Below, piece after piece: positions 13,181 to 25,551 of a stretch of 64,000 nucleotides of DNA. The translations under genes and the position numbers were made by a program. The stretch comes from Octopus vulgaris (Eukaryota): NCBI GenBank assembly GCA_951406725.2, contig OX597817.1, positions 18,166,001-18,230,000 on the forward strand. The letters run 5' to 3'. The notes beneath the pieces were generated by a model, which searched no databases, had not been told where the DNA came from, and saw only the letters and a program-made list of their open reading frames with translations. Position 1 is the stretch's first letter, and each line of letters starts with the position of its first letter.

Positions 13181-13290
13181 GTGAAGGCGTATGGCCTCGT
13201 GGCTAGGCTGTACCCACGATCGTAAGATCGTGGTGTGGTTATGATTCCCTAACCAGGCCATGCATTGTGTTCTTGAGCAAAGCACTTCAA
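13181..13290 (+). mobile_element. Decayed SINE-C-like head, head-to-head with the previous SINE
   Basis: gtgaaggcgtatggcctcgtggctagg...tgtgttcttgagcaaagcactt. Confidence 0.65.
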
Positions 13291-13466
13291 CCTCTCAACA
13301 AGATTTTTGAAAATGGCACAGCTATGTCTATAGATTTAGGTTTCTTCCAACATAGTATATTTGTAAACGCTGATAAAAAAAATTGTCATAACTTCAGTAG
13401 TCGTCGAAATAATAGAGTGAACATCAAAACAATCAGTGTAGCAGAAACAGGGGCATATACATCTCG

Positions 13467-13924
13467 GGATCTTTTCAGTTTGAACGGTAGTTTTTTAAAA
13501 ATAATTTCCACGTAACTAAACACTTTTAAATTTCGTATACTGGCAGAATGTGTTTATAAAACATCTTTTTCTCTTGGCTTTATTGAGAAAATTCTATAGT
13601 TTGTAAGATATTTGTTTTTTTTTCTGCAATTTCTGCAATTTCACCCAATCAATGACGTCTGTTGAGGTGAAAACATTCTGTGCCGTATGAATATGTCCCT
13701 CATTTAAGAAACAGATTGGGTTTATTTACATTTCTGTAGGAAAAAGATTCCCTTCCCCCACCCCTAATCCTAACCCTAACCCTAACCCTAACCCTAACTA
13801 ACCCTAACTAATCCTAACCCTAAAGCAGATTGAAATGCAATAGATCGATACTAGGGTCATAATTATGGGTGACAATTTCATATGACACCGCTAGAAAAAA
13901 CAGCCGTTCAAACCGAAAAGATCC
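13467..13924. mobile_element. Merlin-like MITE carrying internal (CCCTAA)n
   Basis: TIRs of about 30 bp (ggatcttttcagtttgaacgg / ccgttcaaaccgaaaagatcc) with GG termini. 8-bp TSD a(c/a)atctcg. Confidence 0.75.
13760..13823. repeat. Interstitial telomere-like (CCCTAA)n, about 10 imperfect units
   Basis: Direct reading; lies inside the MITE. Confidence 0.9.
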
Positions 13925-14484
13925 AAATCTCGTAGTTGGTTAAAATAGATTCAAGTGATGTTAAAGATGCATAAAAATAATGCCATTCCCACAAACATAA
14001 TATTATTCACCTGGCAAATTGTAGCAGTATGATCTAAACGAAGTATGTAACATATACTTACTTGCAATATGTGTTATTATCGAACCTGTTACCGAAGTTG
14101 AAGAAAATAGGCATTTCATCTTAAGAATCTCAATAACGTATTTCGAATGAAATATATGAAAAAAGAAAAAAAATGAAAAAAGAGAAAGAAAAACACACAC
14201 GCCACTGAAATAGGCTTTGGGTATTACTGGATCAAACCATGTCAAACTTAGCAGCCCTTGGAGTAGTCTCTTAAGTCATGTTTTTGGTCCATCGAAGCTC
14301 ATTTGAGCAGGGAGTTGCTTGCTTCAATGTATTTGAATATCGGTGTTTGGTATTTCTTGGAGGAATTTGTTCCAATACCACTTGAATGCTAAGCTTTATT
14401 TTAAAAAATTTCTTTCAGTATAATTTTGAATAAAGCAGCAACACTTATTGAGGTAAAAATGTGTTGTGACCTTGTTATGTGATG

Positions 14485-14772
14485 TACCTACCTACCGACG
14501 GACTTACCTACCTACCTACCTACCTACCTACCTACCTACCTACCTACCTACCTACCTACCTAAGGACCTAATTACCTACCTACCTACCATTCTACCTACC
14601 TACCTACCTACCTACCTACCATTCTACCTACCTACCATTCTACCTACCTACCTATCTACCTACATACCTACCAACCTACCTACCTACCTACCTACCTACC
14701 TACCTACCTACCTACCTACCTACCTACCTACCTACCTACCTACCTACCTACCTACCTGCCTACTTACCTACA
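14485..14772. repeat. (TACC)n microsatellite
   Basis: Direct reading. Confidence 0.95.
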
Positions 14773-15474
14773 TATATATATATACCTACCTACATATATA
14801 CTTATATATGTAGGTAGGTAATGTTTTCATTCGTTTCAAGCTGTTGATTCACTCCAATGCTACTTAGAATTTCTCATCAGATGAGATCCTCAAAATACTA
14901 CAAGAAATTGTCACCCGAGGACTGTGCACGCGGCTCGAAATCGAACCATCAGCTCCGAAAGAATAATACATTCTGAAACACCAATTATTGAGTACTTTTT
15001 TTTTACCGTTTGCCTATGAGCAATCTTTTCTTTGTTAATATATATGTACTCCGCTTAAAAGTATTGAGTCATCCTTCAATTTGATGCTAAATTGTTTTTT
15101 TATATATACCTTAATAACCATACATATCCCCCAACACATATATACACAGACACATAGACACACACACAAAGACAAGCACACACATATGTATATACACACA
15201 TATATAACCCCCAAAATATCAAAGCTATAATTCATGTTTATAACCTCCAATGTTCTGCGTCTTTAACGTCGAATATTCTATTCGATCTACATACAGAAAA
15301 GATTGATTTATATGAATAACCCTCTTCATTGATTAGCTCGTATTGATTTCTCTTTGCTTTCATTCTGATCTTGTTGACGTAACCCTACAGTTAAGACAAT
15401 ATGTTTTAAAAAGTTCACCGTCGATCGATAAGGCACAGATAACACAGAGCGAGCGAGAGGGTGAGTGGGAGAGG

Positions 15475-15506
<32 letters not shown>

Positions 15507-15682
15507 AGGAGAAAGAGAGAATTTATACTTTAGAATGAAAATAATACAAAACAATTACAGAGATGTATAAAAAAATTGTATTCAGTGTATTTACAGATGT
15601 ATATGTAAGCGACTAAAAATTTTTATACACGCACTAACATATATATACTCATATACACCAGCTCACACACCACACATAGACG

Positions 15683-15715
<33 letters not shown>

Positions 15716-16150
15716 ATATATGCATACATATATATACATACATGCATGCATACAGACATAGATACAAACGCACACTCATACACACACATACACACTCACA
15801 CATACACACACATATATTAGACGGGTATAATATTGTACATGCACAAAAGGCACACAGGTACATGTTTTGCAAACCGAACAAATGATAAATAAATTAATGC
15901 AACCAAAATATTCTACACAAGACAGAAAAAAAGCAAAAAAAAAAAAAAAAAGCAAAAAGCAACCAAAAAACTCAAAAGTATCGAACGGAGATATTTTTGG
16001 TTATCTTTATTATTATGTATTATTTATATACCTATAATATGAAGGTACACACACACACACACACACACAGACGTCATATGTGACACACATATAGACACAT
16101 ACTTGCATTTAAATAAAAACAAATCTAGAGATATATTTGTGTATGTGAGT

Positions 16151-16258
<108 letters not shown>

Positions 16259-16525
16259 GTATATATATATATGTATATAATTTATTTATTTGTTTATTTA
16301 TTTATGTGTTTACTCATTGATCGACAGAACGAGCAAACTGTTTGAAAAATATGAAATATCCACGCGACATTGCAATTGTTCTTATAATTTGTTCCATAAA
16401 CTGTCCAGGGAAATGCTATTATTATAGGCATGTAAATTCACAGCCTCTTGATCTGTAACTAGTTTGATAACTGTTGACTCATGAAACTCTCGGCCCTTGA
16501 GTCACTCTTTTGCATCTACTAAATA

Positions 16526-16570
<45 letters not shown>

Positions 16571-16773
16571 ATGCGTGTGCGTGTGTGTGTACATACATAT
16601 ATATGTATTATATAAGTAGTTGAATGAATTATCTTAGTATGGATAATTCGGTTAACCGATACCTGGGTAGCAAATTTACGTCAGAAAATCACGGTTGAAG
16701 CTACATGTCAAGGGCAGAGATCACGTGCTTTCGTGTGGAAATGTGTGTGTTTTTTTTAAAATACAAATAAATG

Positions 16774-17287
16774 AAAGAATGGAGTTGAACGACGATTTAA
16801 GAATGGAGTTGAACGACGATTTAAAGAATGGAGTTGAACGACGATTTAAAGAATGGAGTTGAACGACGATTTAAAGAATGGAGTTGAACGACGATTTAAA
16901 GAATGGAGTTGAACGACGATTTAAGAATGGGGTTGAACGACGATTTAAGAATGGAGTTGAACGACGATTTAAAGAATGGAGTTGAACGACGATTTAAGAA
17001 TGGAGTTGAACGACGATTTAAAGAATGGAGTTGAACGACGATTTAAGAATGGAGTTGAACGACGATTTAAAGAATGGAGTTGAACGACGATTTAAGAATG
17101 GAGTTGAACGACGATTTAAAGAATGGAGTTGAACGACGATTTAAGAATGGAGTTGAACGACGATTTAAAGAATGGAGTTGAACGACGATTTAAGAATGGA
17201 GTTGAACGACGATTTAAAGAATGGAGTTGAACGACGATTTAAGAATGGAGTTGAACGACGATTTAAAGAATGGAGTTGAACGACGAT
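16774..17287. repeat. Minisatellite, 21 copies of a 24/25-bp unit gaatggagttgaacgacgatttaa(a)
   Basis: Units are contiguous with no spacers. The distal part alternates 25 and 24 bp (49-bp dimer). Confidence 0.95.
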
Positions 17288-17542
17288 ATATCATATATAT
17301 ATATAAAAGCAATAATAAATCTCTGAACGAGGTATAAACAGTAGCTGCACGACATCGTGAAGTATATTTGCCACTTAAATGTGGCTAACCACTAAGGGTG
17401 GATGAAACTAGCTTGTAGCCGCAGGAGAACATCCTCTCCAGCTGGCTATTGACACACTTTCTGTGCCCTATCAGTATTTGCAAAGGGAACCCATCCTTCT
17501 CATTGTCGACCTGGCGTGATACGCACGGACCCGGGTTTCTGA

Positions 17543-17845
<303 letters not shown>

Positions 17846-18509
17846 TAAAAGTTTTGTTTGCAATCCCCACCACCTACATATATACACACACGTTTGTACG
17901 TATACATATATACACACACACTTAAACGTATACCCATACACATCGCATTTTTTACAGGGTTTATTTGAAGTGTTTTCAAAAACGATTAAGAATAACAGTA
18001 TATTTGTGATTCTATTCTGTTATTCAGTTATACTGTTACATTCTATAAGTCAGTAATTCTCTTCAACCCGACACACTCCATACTCAGAGGTTATACCTAC
18101 AGAATTTAGATATACCTTGTGGTGACTTAATAAGGAGATATTGTGTATGAGATTACGGAATATTATCATTGGATTATCGAAAGGCTTGTATCACGTTTCG
18201 TTCCAGTTATTGCGTAAAACATTACAAATGCTGAAATAAATATACACGCCATGCTACATGCACAAATACATATATAGGTGCGCAAACACACAGAGGCATG
18301 CACACATATATACAATCATATGTAAATGTATATAAGCATACATGTAAACATATATATGTATATCTATACACATGCCGAAATCCACACGCATAAATATGCA
18401 CACACACACACATACATACATACATAATACATACATACATACATACATATATATATATATATGTATTTATATATATATGTACATATATATGTACACACAC
18501 ACATACACA

Positions 18510-18562
<53 letters not shown>

Positions 18563-18658
18563 CGGGAAGCTTTATGAAAATAAACAAAAGACGAAGGCAG
18601 GTGGAATACAAACAAGCAATTGCATTAGTATGGCGCTCAGGAATATAAATAAAACAAG

Positions 18659-18696
18659 TCTTTTACGTTTCGAGCCTACGCTCTTCAACAGAAAGA
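18659..18696 (-). ncRNA. Minimal type I hammerhead-like motif with variant core CUGUUGA
   Basis: Minus strand: ucuuu CUGUUGA a gagc-guag-gcuc GAAA cg UA aaaga. Confidence 0.6.
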
Positions 18697-18764
18697 TACA
18701 CAGAAAAGAAACACGGAGAGAAACAAGGAGAGAAAAAAATGCGTGCAGAAGCTAGCGAATCAAC

Positions 18765-18840
<76 letters not shown>

Positions 18841-18859
18841 TATATACATACATATATAG

Positions 18860-19124
18860 CTTTCAAAATGTGACCGCATGTGTACCGTTGGCGATTTTTT
18901 CCTCCGTCTTCCCTTCTTTGGATGTTTCCTTTTCCTATGTGTCTGACGAAGAGCTCCGCTCGAAACGTTAAACCCTCCTTCTTTCCGTCTTTCCTGAGCG
19001 TCCAATAATACTATACCTGTTTCACGCCCTCGCGTTGTTGTGTTTTCTCTTTGTGAGTGTCCCGTCCGTGTTTTTTGTATCGCCTTCTGGGTGTTTTGCG
19101 TTCTTGTCCCAGTTCTTTTTACAT

Positions 19125-19169
<45 letters not shown>

Positions 19170-19372
19170 ATCCAAACAAGAAAACACAAACAAACACAAC
19201 AGCGTGAGGACGTGGAACAAATATAGTATTATTGGACGCTCAGGAAAGAAGGAAAGAAACAGGGTTTAACGTTTCGAGCGGAGCTCTTCGTCGGAAACAT
19301 AGGAGAAGGAAAGATCCAGAGAAGGGAAGACGGAGGAAAAAAAATCGCCAACGGTACACACGAGGTCACATT
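18860..19372. mobile_element. Inverted pair of PLE terminal-repeat-like segments separated by (TA)n
   Basis: 18865-19050 is largely the reverse complement of 19185-19372. Each arm carries a hammerhead motif. Confidence 0.7.
18939..18973 (+). ncRNA. Minimal type I hammerhead motif (PLE type)
   Basis: gugu CUGACGA a gagc-ucc-gcuc GAAA cgu u aaac. Stem III is palindromic (aacgtt). The inverted partner at 19264-19298 has a perfect guuu/aaac stem I but a CCGACGA core. Confidence 0.7.
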
Positions 19373-19379
19373 TTATATG

Positions 19380-19410
<31 letters not shown>

Positions 19411-19417
19411 CTATGGC

Positions 19418-19730
19418 ACTCCGTCGCTTACGACGACGAGGGTTCCAGTTGATCTGATCAACGGAACAGCCTGCTTGGGAAATTAACGTTTATGTGGCTG
19501 ACCACTCCACAGACACGTGTATTCTTCAGGTAGCTATCAGGGAGATTCAACGTGACACAGAAATACAGGTGCTATTCATTTTTGTCAGCTGAGTGTGGAC
19601 TGGGGGAATGTGAAACAAAGTATCTTGCTCAAGGATACAACGCGTCGCCGGGAATTGGACTCACGACATTATGATCTCGACATTACAATCGCGGACCGAT
19701 TACCCTAACCGTTAAGCTACGCACCTTCAC
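19418..19730 (-). mobile_element. SINE-C, older copy
   Basis: Colinear with 12848-13168, with several indels. Confidence 0.85.
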
Positions 19731-20243
19731 GCACACATACATACACACACACACACATGATGTATGAGAGTGCTTACATGTGTATGCGAGTGTGTGTTTA
19801 CTTCAATCAGTTACGTTTTTCTTATTTCAGATGAAACTGCCTGTTGGAATGGTTAAGCTCAATGAATCCGGGCAAAAACTAAAAGGTAGGTAAAAAAAAG
19901 GTCAAAAACAAGTACTAAACAAATTCATAAAGAAAAATGTACTAATAAGAAGTTTGAAGGTGTTTTTAATTAAAGGAGTATCATGTGGCAATGAACACAT
20001 GGATATGAAGTAGTTCTGCATTTTTAAAAACTGCGTTTAAAAGTACTAAAAAAAGTACTAAAAATATTTTGCATAACAACTATTATACTTTTTTCCTTTA
20101 GCGATTTTGGTCGCTGGACAATGGCCATATTAGAGGACAGCTTCATACGGTTTCAATCAGCATATCGACCCAACTACTTTGTTTGATTTCTATTTTTGGC
20201 AACGTTAATATCCAACGGTCGGTAGAGTATATGTAAATAAATA

Positions 20244-20762
20244 TACATACATACATACATACATACATACATACATACATACATACATACATACATACAT
20301 ACATACATACATACATACATACATACATACATACGTACATACATAAAACATACAATCATACATACATAATACATACATACGTACATACATACATAAAAAC
20401 ATACAATCATACATACATACATACATACATACGTACATACATACATAAAACATACATACATAATACATACATACGTACATACATACATAAAAACATGCAT
20501 ACATACATACATATACATACATAACATACATACATACATACATAATACATACATAAAAACATACATACATACATAATACATACATACGTACATACATACA
20601 CACATACAAACATACATACATACATACATACATAATACATACATACGTACATGCATACACACATACATACATACATACATACATACATACATACATACAT
20701 ACATAATACATACATACGTACATACATAATACATACATACGTACATGCATACATACATATAT
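20244..20762. repeat. Complex (ACAT)n microsatellite
   Basis: Direct reading. Confidence 0.95.
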
Positions 20763-20904
20763 ATGACTGGCACTACATAGTTTCAAAAAGAAAAAAGAAT
20801 GAGAAAGAAAAGAAAGAAGAGTAAGCACGTGGCGACATCTACGCCAACTATAAATAAGAAATACTATTGGTGTGTAGTTCCGCTCTTGCATCAATTCAGT
20901 TAAG

Positions 20905-21090
20905 TTAAAGACTCCCTTCGGTCATGAATGATCATGGGATTGCTCTCAGAAAGTCCCCGTCCAAGGTACAAGTCCTGGTCGCATTGGAAGACCAGCAGTC
21001 GCCCATGTATACCAGCCTCCCCTCTCCACGTCACCGATGTTATCCAAGGAAAAGGCAAAAGCCGATACTACTGAGCCATGCACGCACCTT
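20905..21090 (-). mobile_element. SINE-D, internally deleted
   Basis: Matches 37790-37960 (ccttcggtcatgaatga...tgttatccaagg). Confidence 0.7.
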
Positions 21091-21179
21091 CACTATCAAT
21101 TCAGTTAAAATGTTTATGTGTGTTTGTATGTATGTGTGTGTGTGCATATATATATATATATATATACATATATATATAA

Positions 21180-22625
21180 AGGTTGAAAAGTAACACACTA
21201 ATTGATATGTATAAGGAAAATAGGACAAGGTAGAAAATGCTAAAATAATTTTATCGTGTAGTACATTTTAGTACCGGTTTCAGACTTTGCGACTTTTTCA
21301 ACTTTGAGTAAAGCATGTAAAAATAAAATTAGATTGTGGAAATATTAAGTGAAATATTTTTAAAAAGTATTTCCATAGTTTTCAATTACTTGGGACATTT
21401 TCCTTTTTTCTTCTTCTCTCTCTATTTTACTTTTGTGAAGGCTCGGTAGGTAGGCAGTAGCAGGTCTGAAGAAATATTTAATATGAGGGTTGTGGGTTCT
21501 TGGTTTTGATTGTTTAAGCAGTAGTAGCCAAGGAAGGAGACGGTGAAGAAGATGAAGAAGAAGAGGAGAAAAAGAGGAAGGAGAAGACGAACAGTAGGAA
21601 AAGAAGAGAGAGAGAGTATAAGAAAAAGACGGAGGTGGTGTGACAGTAATAGGCTGTTAGTAAAGTCTTCTTAAATGGTCAAGTGACATAAAAGTGACCT
21701 GTTGTGGTTATACTAGTAGTGATCGGAATCGTTCTGAATATATCGTTTTTAATATTTGCGTGGGTATTATTCTAAGGCCCTTGTAATAGTGTCATTTGTG
21801 GTTGAAGCATTCAAAAGGGGTTTATATTTTGCAATAAAATATGACTCTTTGCTAATACACTGATTATAGGTTCCATCATACCTGAATTTATAGAGGGGAA
21901 AAATTCTGAAGCTGGGTTGTTCGTCAGTGGCGCAAATGACGATGTGTTCGCTGAATGATATTTTTCTGTATTCTCGAAATTTAATCTGGGATCTATGTAG
22001 GGTCATCCTTTGGCGTAGACTGTTTTTGGTTTGGCCTATGACACCCAATACAAGTTAGTACATATATTAGGTTTTTCGAAGCACACATGAAGTTGTTTTT
22101 CACTGTAAAACGTTGACCTTGTTTGATGGAGAACTCCGATCCCTCAATTAGGTCGACGCATATACCACATTTAAGTCTTCTGCATTGTTTTACTGATTGC
22201 GTCAGTGTTGTTGCTGAGTGTACTTGGGCTTGTGTTAGGAGACTTTTCATAGATTTAGGTTGTCTTCTTCTCTTTATGATGGTGTGCGTTTGGAAGATTA
22301 AATTCATTCCGTGGTCCCTTTTTAGTAGAGGAATGTTCTGGAGGATGATGTCGAAGGATTCACTGTTAAGGGGTTAGTGTGGAGATGTATGGTAGGGCTT
22401 TTTGTTGTAAATCCTTCTTTAGTTTGAGATGTCTGAGTTCATGGATGCTGAGTTCTAGGGCTCGTTGAAAGCGATGTGGGAGTTCATTGGCGTAATTCTC
22501 TAGCCAAAATTGGATTACCTCTATTTCTAGGCTGTGTGGTATATTAGAATAGAGGTTGACTACATCGAAGGATACTAGTAGGGTATTTTTATTTATTGCT
22601 TTAGGGGGGTGACTGAGCATATCTA
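21180..22625 (-). mobile_element. Penelope-like retroelement, decayed: RT fragment, GIY-YIG endonuclease, 3' terminal repeat
   Basis: LLVSFDVVNLYSNIPH (RT); CxxxxCxxC; NLIYVLTC..IGQTKNSLRQRMTLH..ESYFIAKYKPLLN (GIY-YIG). A large deletion near 22465 removes the RT core. Confidence 0.9.
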
Positions 22626-22694
22626 GGTCGTACCTTCTTCTTCTTCTTCTTCTTCTTCTTCTTCTTCTTCTTCTTCTTTCTTCTTCTTCTTCTT

Positions 22695-22742
<48 letters not shown>

Positions 22743-22774
22743 GACACAGAGAGAGACAGAGACAAAGAGACAGA

Positions 22775-22856
22775 GAGTAAAGGAAAATGTCCCAAGTATT
22801 TGAAAACTAGTGAAATATTTAAAAAAACATTTCATTTTTCTACCTTGTCCTAATTT

Positions 22857-22865
<9 letters not shown>
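22775..22865 (+). mobile_element. Inverted partial copy of the terminal repeat of the PLE at 21180-22625
   Basis: Reverse complement of about 21205-21240 plus 21350-21405. An inverted 5' pseudo-LTR is typical of PLE insertions. Confidence 0.7.
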
Positions 22866-22895
<30 letters not shown>

Positions 22896-23069
22896 TTTCT
22901 TTAATGATTACAAATAACACGGAAAAATTAAAAAATAAATAGTTACCAGGGTAGCAAAAATTCACATAAGTACCAAGCATGTAACAACCTACTTATAAAG
23001 GTAGAAATTCCAGGTTTTGGTGAAATGCTTTAGCATAACATAGATAAATAAATAAATGGAGTTAAACGT

Positions 23070-23373
23070 AGGTGTTATTCAAATCTTTTTACTTCCGACA
23101 TATGTTTCGAAGAAAACATTGGTATTATTCCAGAAGTAATAAAATGATGTAAAACAATGCAATCTTCTCATCAGGGAAAGAAAGAAACCAGACACAGCAG
23201 TAAGACATTTTAACAGAATGTGATGACTGCGTAAATGTCTTACTGATGTGCTTGGTTTCTTTCTTTCCCAGATAAGAAGATTGCATTGTTTTGCATCATT
23301 TTATTCCTTCTGGAATAATGCCAATGTTTTCTTCGAAACATATATCGGAAGTAAAAAGATTTGAATAACACCT
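23070..23373. repeat. Fold-back inverted repeat, arms of about 140 bp, 22-bp spacer
   Basis: 23070-23210 is the near reverse complement of 23233-23373. Confidence 0.9.
23093..23178 (-). ncRNA. Canonical type I hammerhead ribozyme motif
   Basis: Minus strand: uucc CUGAUGA gaaga-(49 nt)-ucuuc GAAA cauaug UC ggaa. All core nucleotides present, GUC triplet, palindromic stem III acatatgt. Confidence 0.85.
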
Positions 23374-23387
23374 GCTGCCTAACTCCT

Positions 23388-23514
<127 letters not shown>

Positions 23515-24252
23515 CGTATACATACACACTCACACATGTATACACATATATGTACAAAATGCAAGTCTATAGGGCCAATATTGTTGCTTACCGATCTGTG
23601 TTTATAATGCTTTACTTTTAAGAAAGTATTTTATAATAAAGTAGTGGATTGGGAAAATAATTAGAGCGTCGGATAAATTATTTGTGGTATTTTACGAGTC
23701 TTCCTCTATACTCTGAATCGAAATTCGGCTCAGGTTAATTTAGCCATACATCCTTCATCAATAAAACCATGTACTAGTACTTGATATCGGAGCATTCTAG
23801 ATGCGGATAGAATTATAACAGTGGACTTCGAATGTCAATTTACGCTGCTCAGAGAGAAAGTGTCAGCTTTAGGAGTTCAACTATAACACACAGAAACTAT
23901 TTTATCGATAAGAATGTCACCACAGAATCACATATTATGTCTTAACGTCTGCTCACGTGAGCACATTTGCAGTGTGCCATCTGTCAGTTGTGTGTGTACG
24001 TTTATATGCAGACATATGTACACATACACACACACACACACACACTCTCTCTCTCTCTCACACAGACACACACACGTACATACATAATACATACATACAC
24101 ACACATATACATGCACATACACACATACACACATATATATATACCTACCTACTTGAAAAGAACATAAATTCTCCTAAATATCTAAGTATGGTAATCAGGA
24201 ACATATCTTTATCACGAAAATGCAGCTTCTTCACACACACGCACGCACACAT

Positions 24253-24315
<63 letters not shown>

Positions 24316-24493
24316 GGTTTTTATTCTTCGAGCACATCAAGTATAAACATTAAAATATGATTGCCACCGAAGTCATTCGTCAGGTTGACTTGTTCTCGAC
24401 ACAGTATGTCCGTAACTGATGAGCGATTAAGGATGACAAGAACAATTACCTTCTTCCTTCCTCACCTCCTCTATATACATATATATCTATATA

Positions 24494-24595
24494 TGTGTAT
24501 ATATGTTTACATATGTTTGTCTCTCTATATATACCATTATTATATATATATATATAATGGTATATATAGAGAGACAAACATATGTAAACATATAT

Positions 24596-24600
<5 letters not shown>
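24494..24600. repeat. Perfect palindrome, arms of about 47 bp around a (TA)n loop
   Basis: tgtgtatatatgtttacatatgtttgtctctctatatataccattat and its reverse complement. Confidence 0.9.
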
Positions 24601-24639
<39 letters not shown>

Positions 24640-24663
24640 GCATACACACACATGTATATATTT

Positions 24664-24729
<66 letters not shown>

Positions 24730-25460
24730 GTGCGTGTGTATGTATACATATAGACATTCTTCAGCCACATCTTGAAATTTCTAAATAACTTCCAGTAGAA
24801 CATTAATTTAAAATAGAGAAGAGAGAGACATCACGACCTGATTTTGGTGAGGAATCGCACTACACTTAATGGTATTATTTCAACTTAAAGTATGTCCATT
24901 AGCTTTCCATAATTAGGTGATAAACAAAACTGGTGACAGCTCTTAAGGTATTATACAAATAATTTCAAAACTTTTCTTTCCAATAAACTAAAGTATTTGG
25001 CGTGTTGGTGTTTTAGACATATCAGTAGGAAAATCGATATTGCAGATAATATGTAGGAATTTTGCAATCTACGTTTACATAAGTTGTTATTTTGACTCGC
25101 TGTAATGCTTTTCTTCTGAAGTTGTTTTTAAGAAACCAGAACAAAGTTACGATGACAAACAAGGAAGTATAGCGCTACCAATATTTCAACGAATGAACGA
25201 TGGAGTGTATTGGGAACTATGGTAATCAAAGGGTAAACCTCGTTAACTTATTGGCCTTGCTTTGGTAAAATCAGCTAATTGATATTCATTACGTAGACGA
25301 AGGGTATATATATATATCCGGGATATAGAATTATCCAGTAATATTTTACTAGTTTCATCTTGTCTCTGTTTTCTCTGCGTGATAATATATGGACAATTAA
25401 GGTGGTTTTAGAGTCAGATCATGGCTGCTATTTTCAGCATGGTGGTATCTCGTAGATACC

Positions 25461-25520
<60 letters not shown>

Positions 25521-25551
25521 TATATAGATAGATAGATAGATATAGATATAT

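Noticed and set aside
13760-13823. True telomere or chromosome fusion scar
   Set aside because: Short, single orientation and enclosed by TIRs with a TSD.
16774-17287. CRISPR-like array of ~25-bp repeats
   Set aside because: No spacers, no cas genes, eukaryotic context; it is a tandem minisatellite.
20143-20894. Long ORFs (199-229 aa) rich in MYVC
   Set aside because: Translations of (ACAT)n. The same applies to the YI/HT/CV/LSIY ORFs throughout the window.
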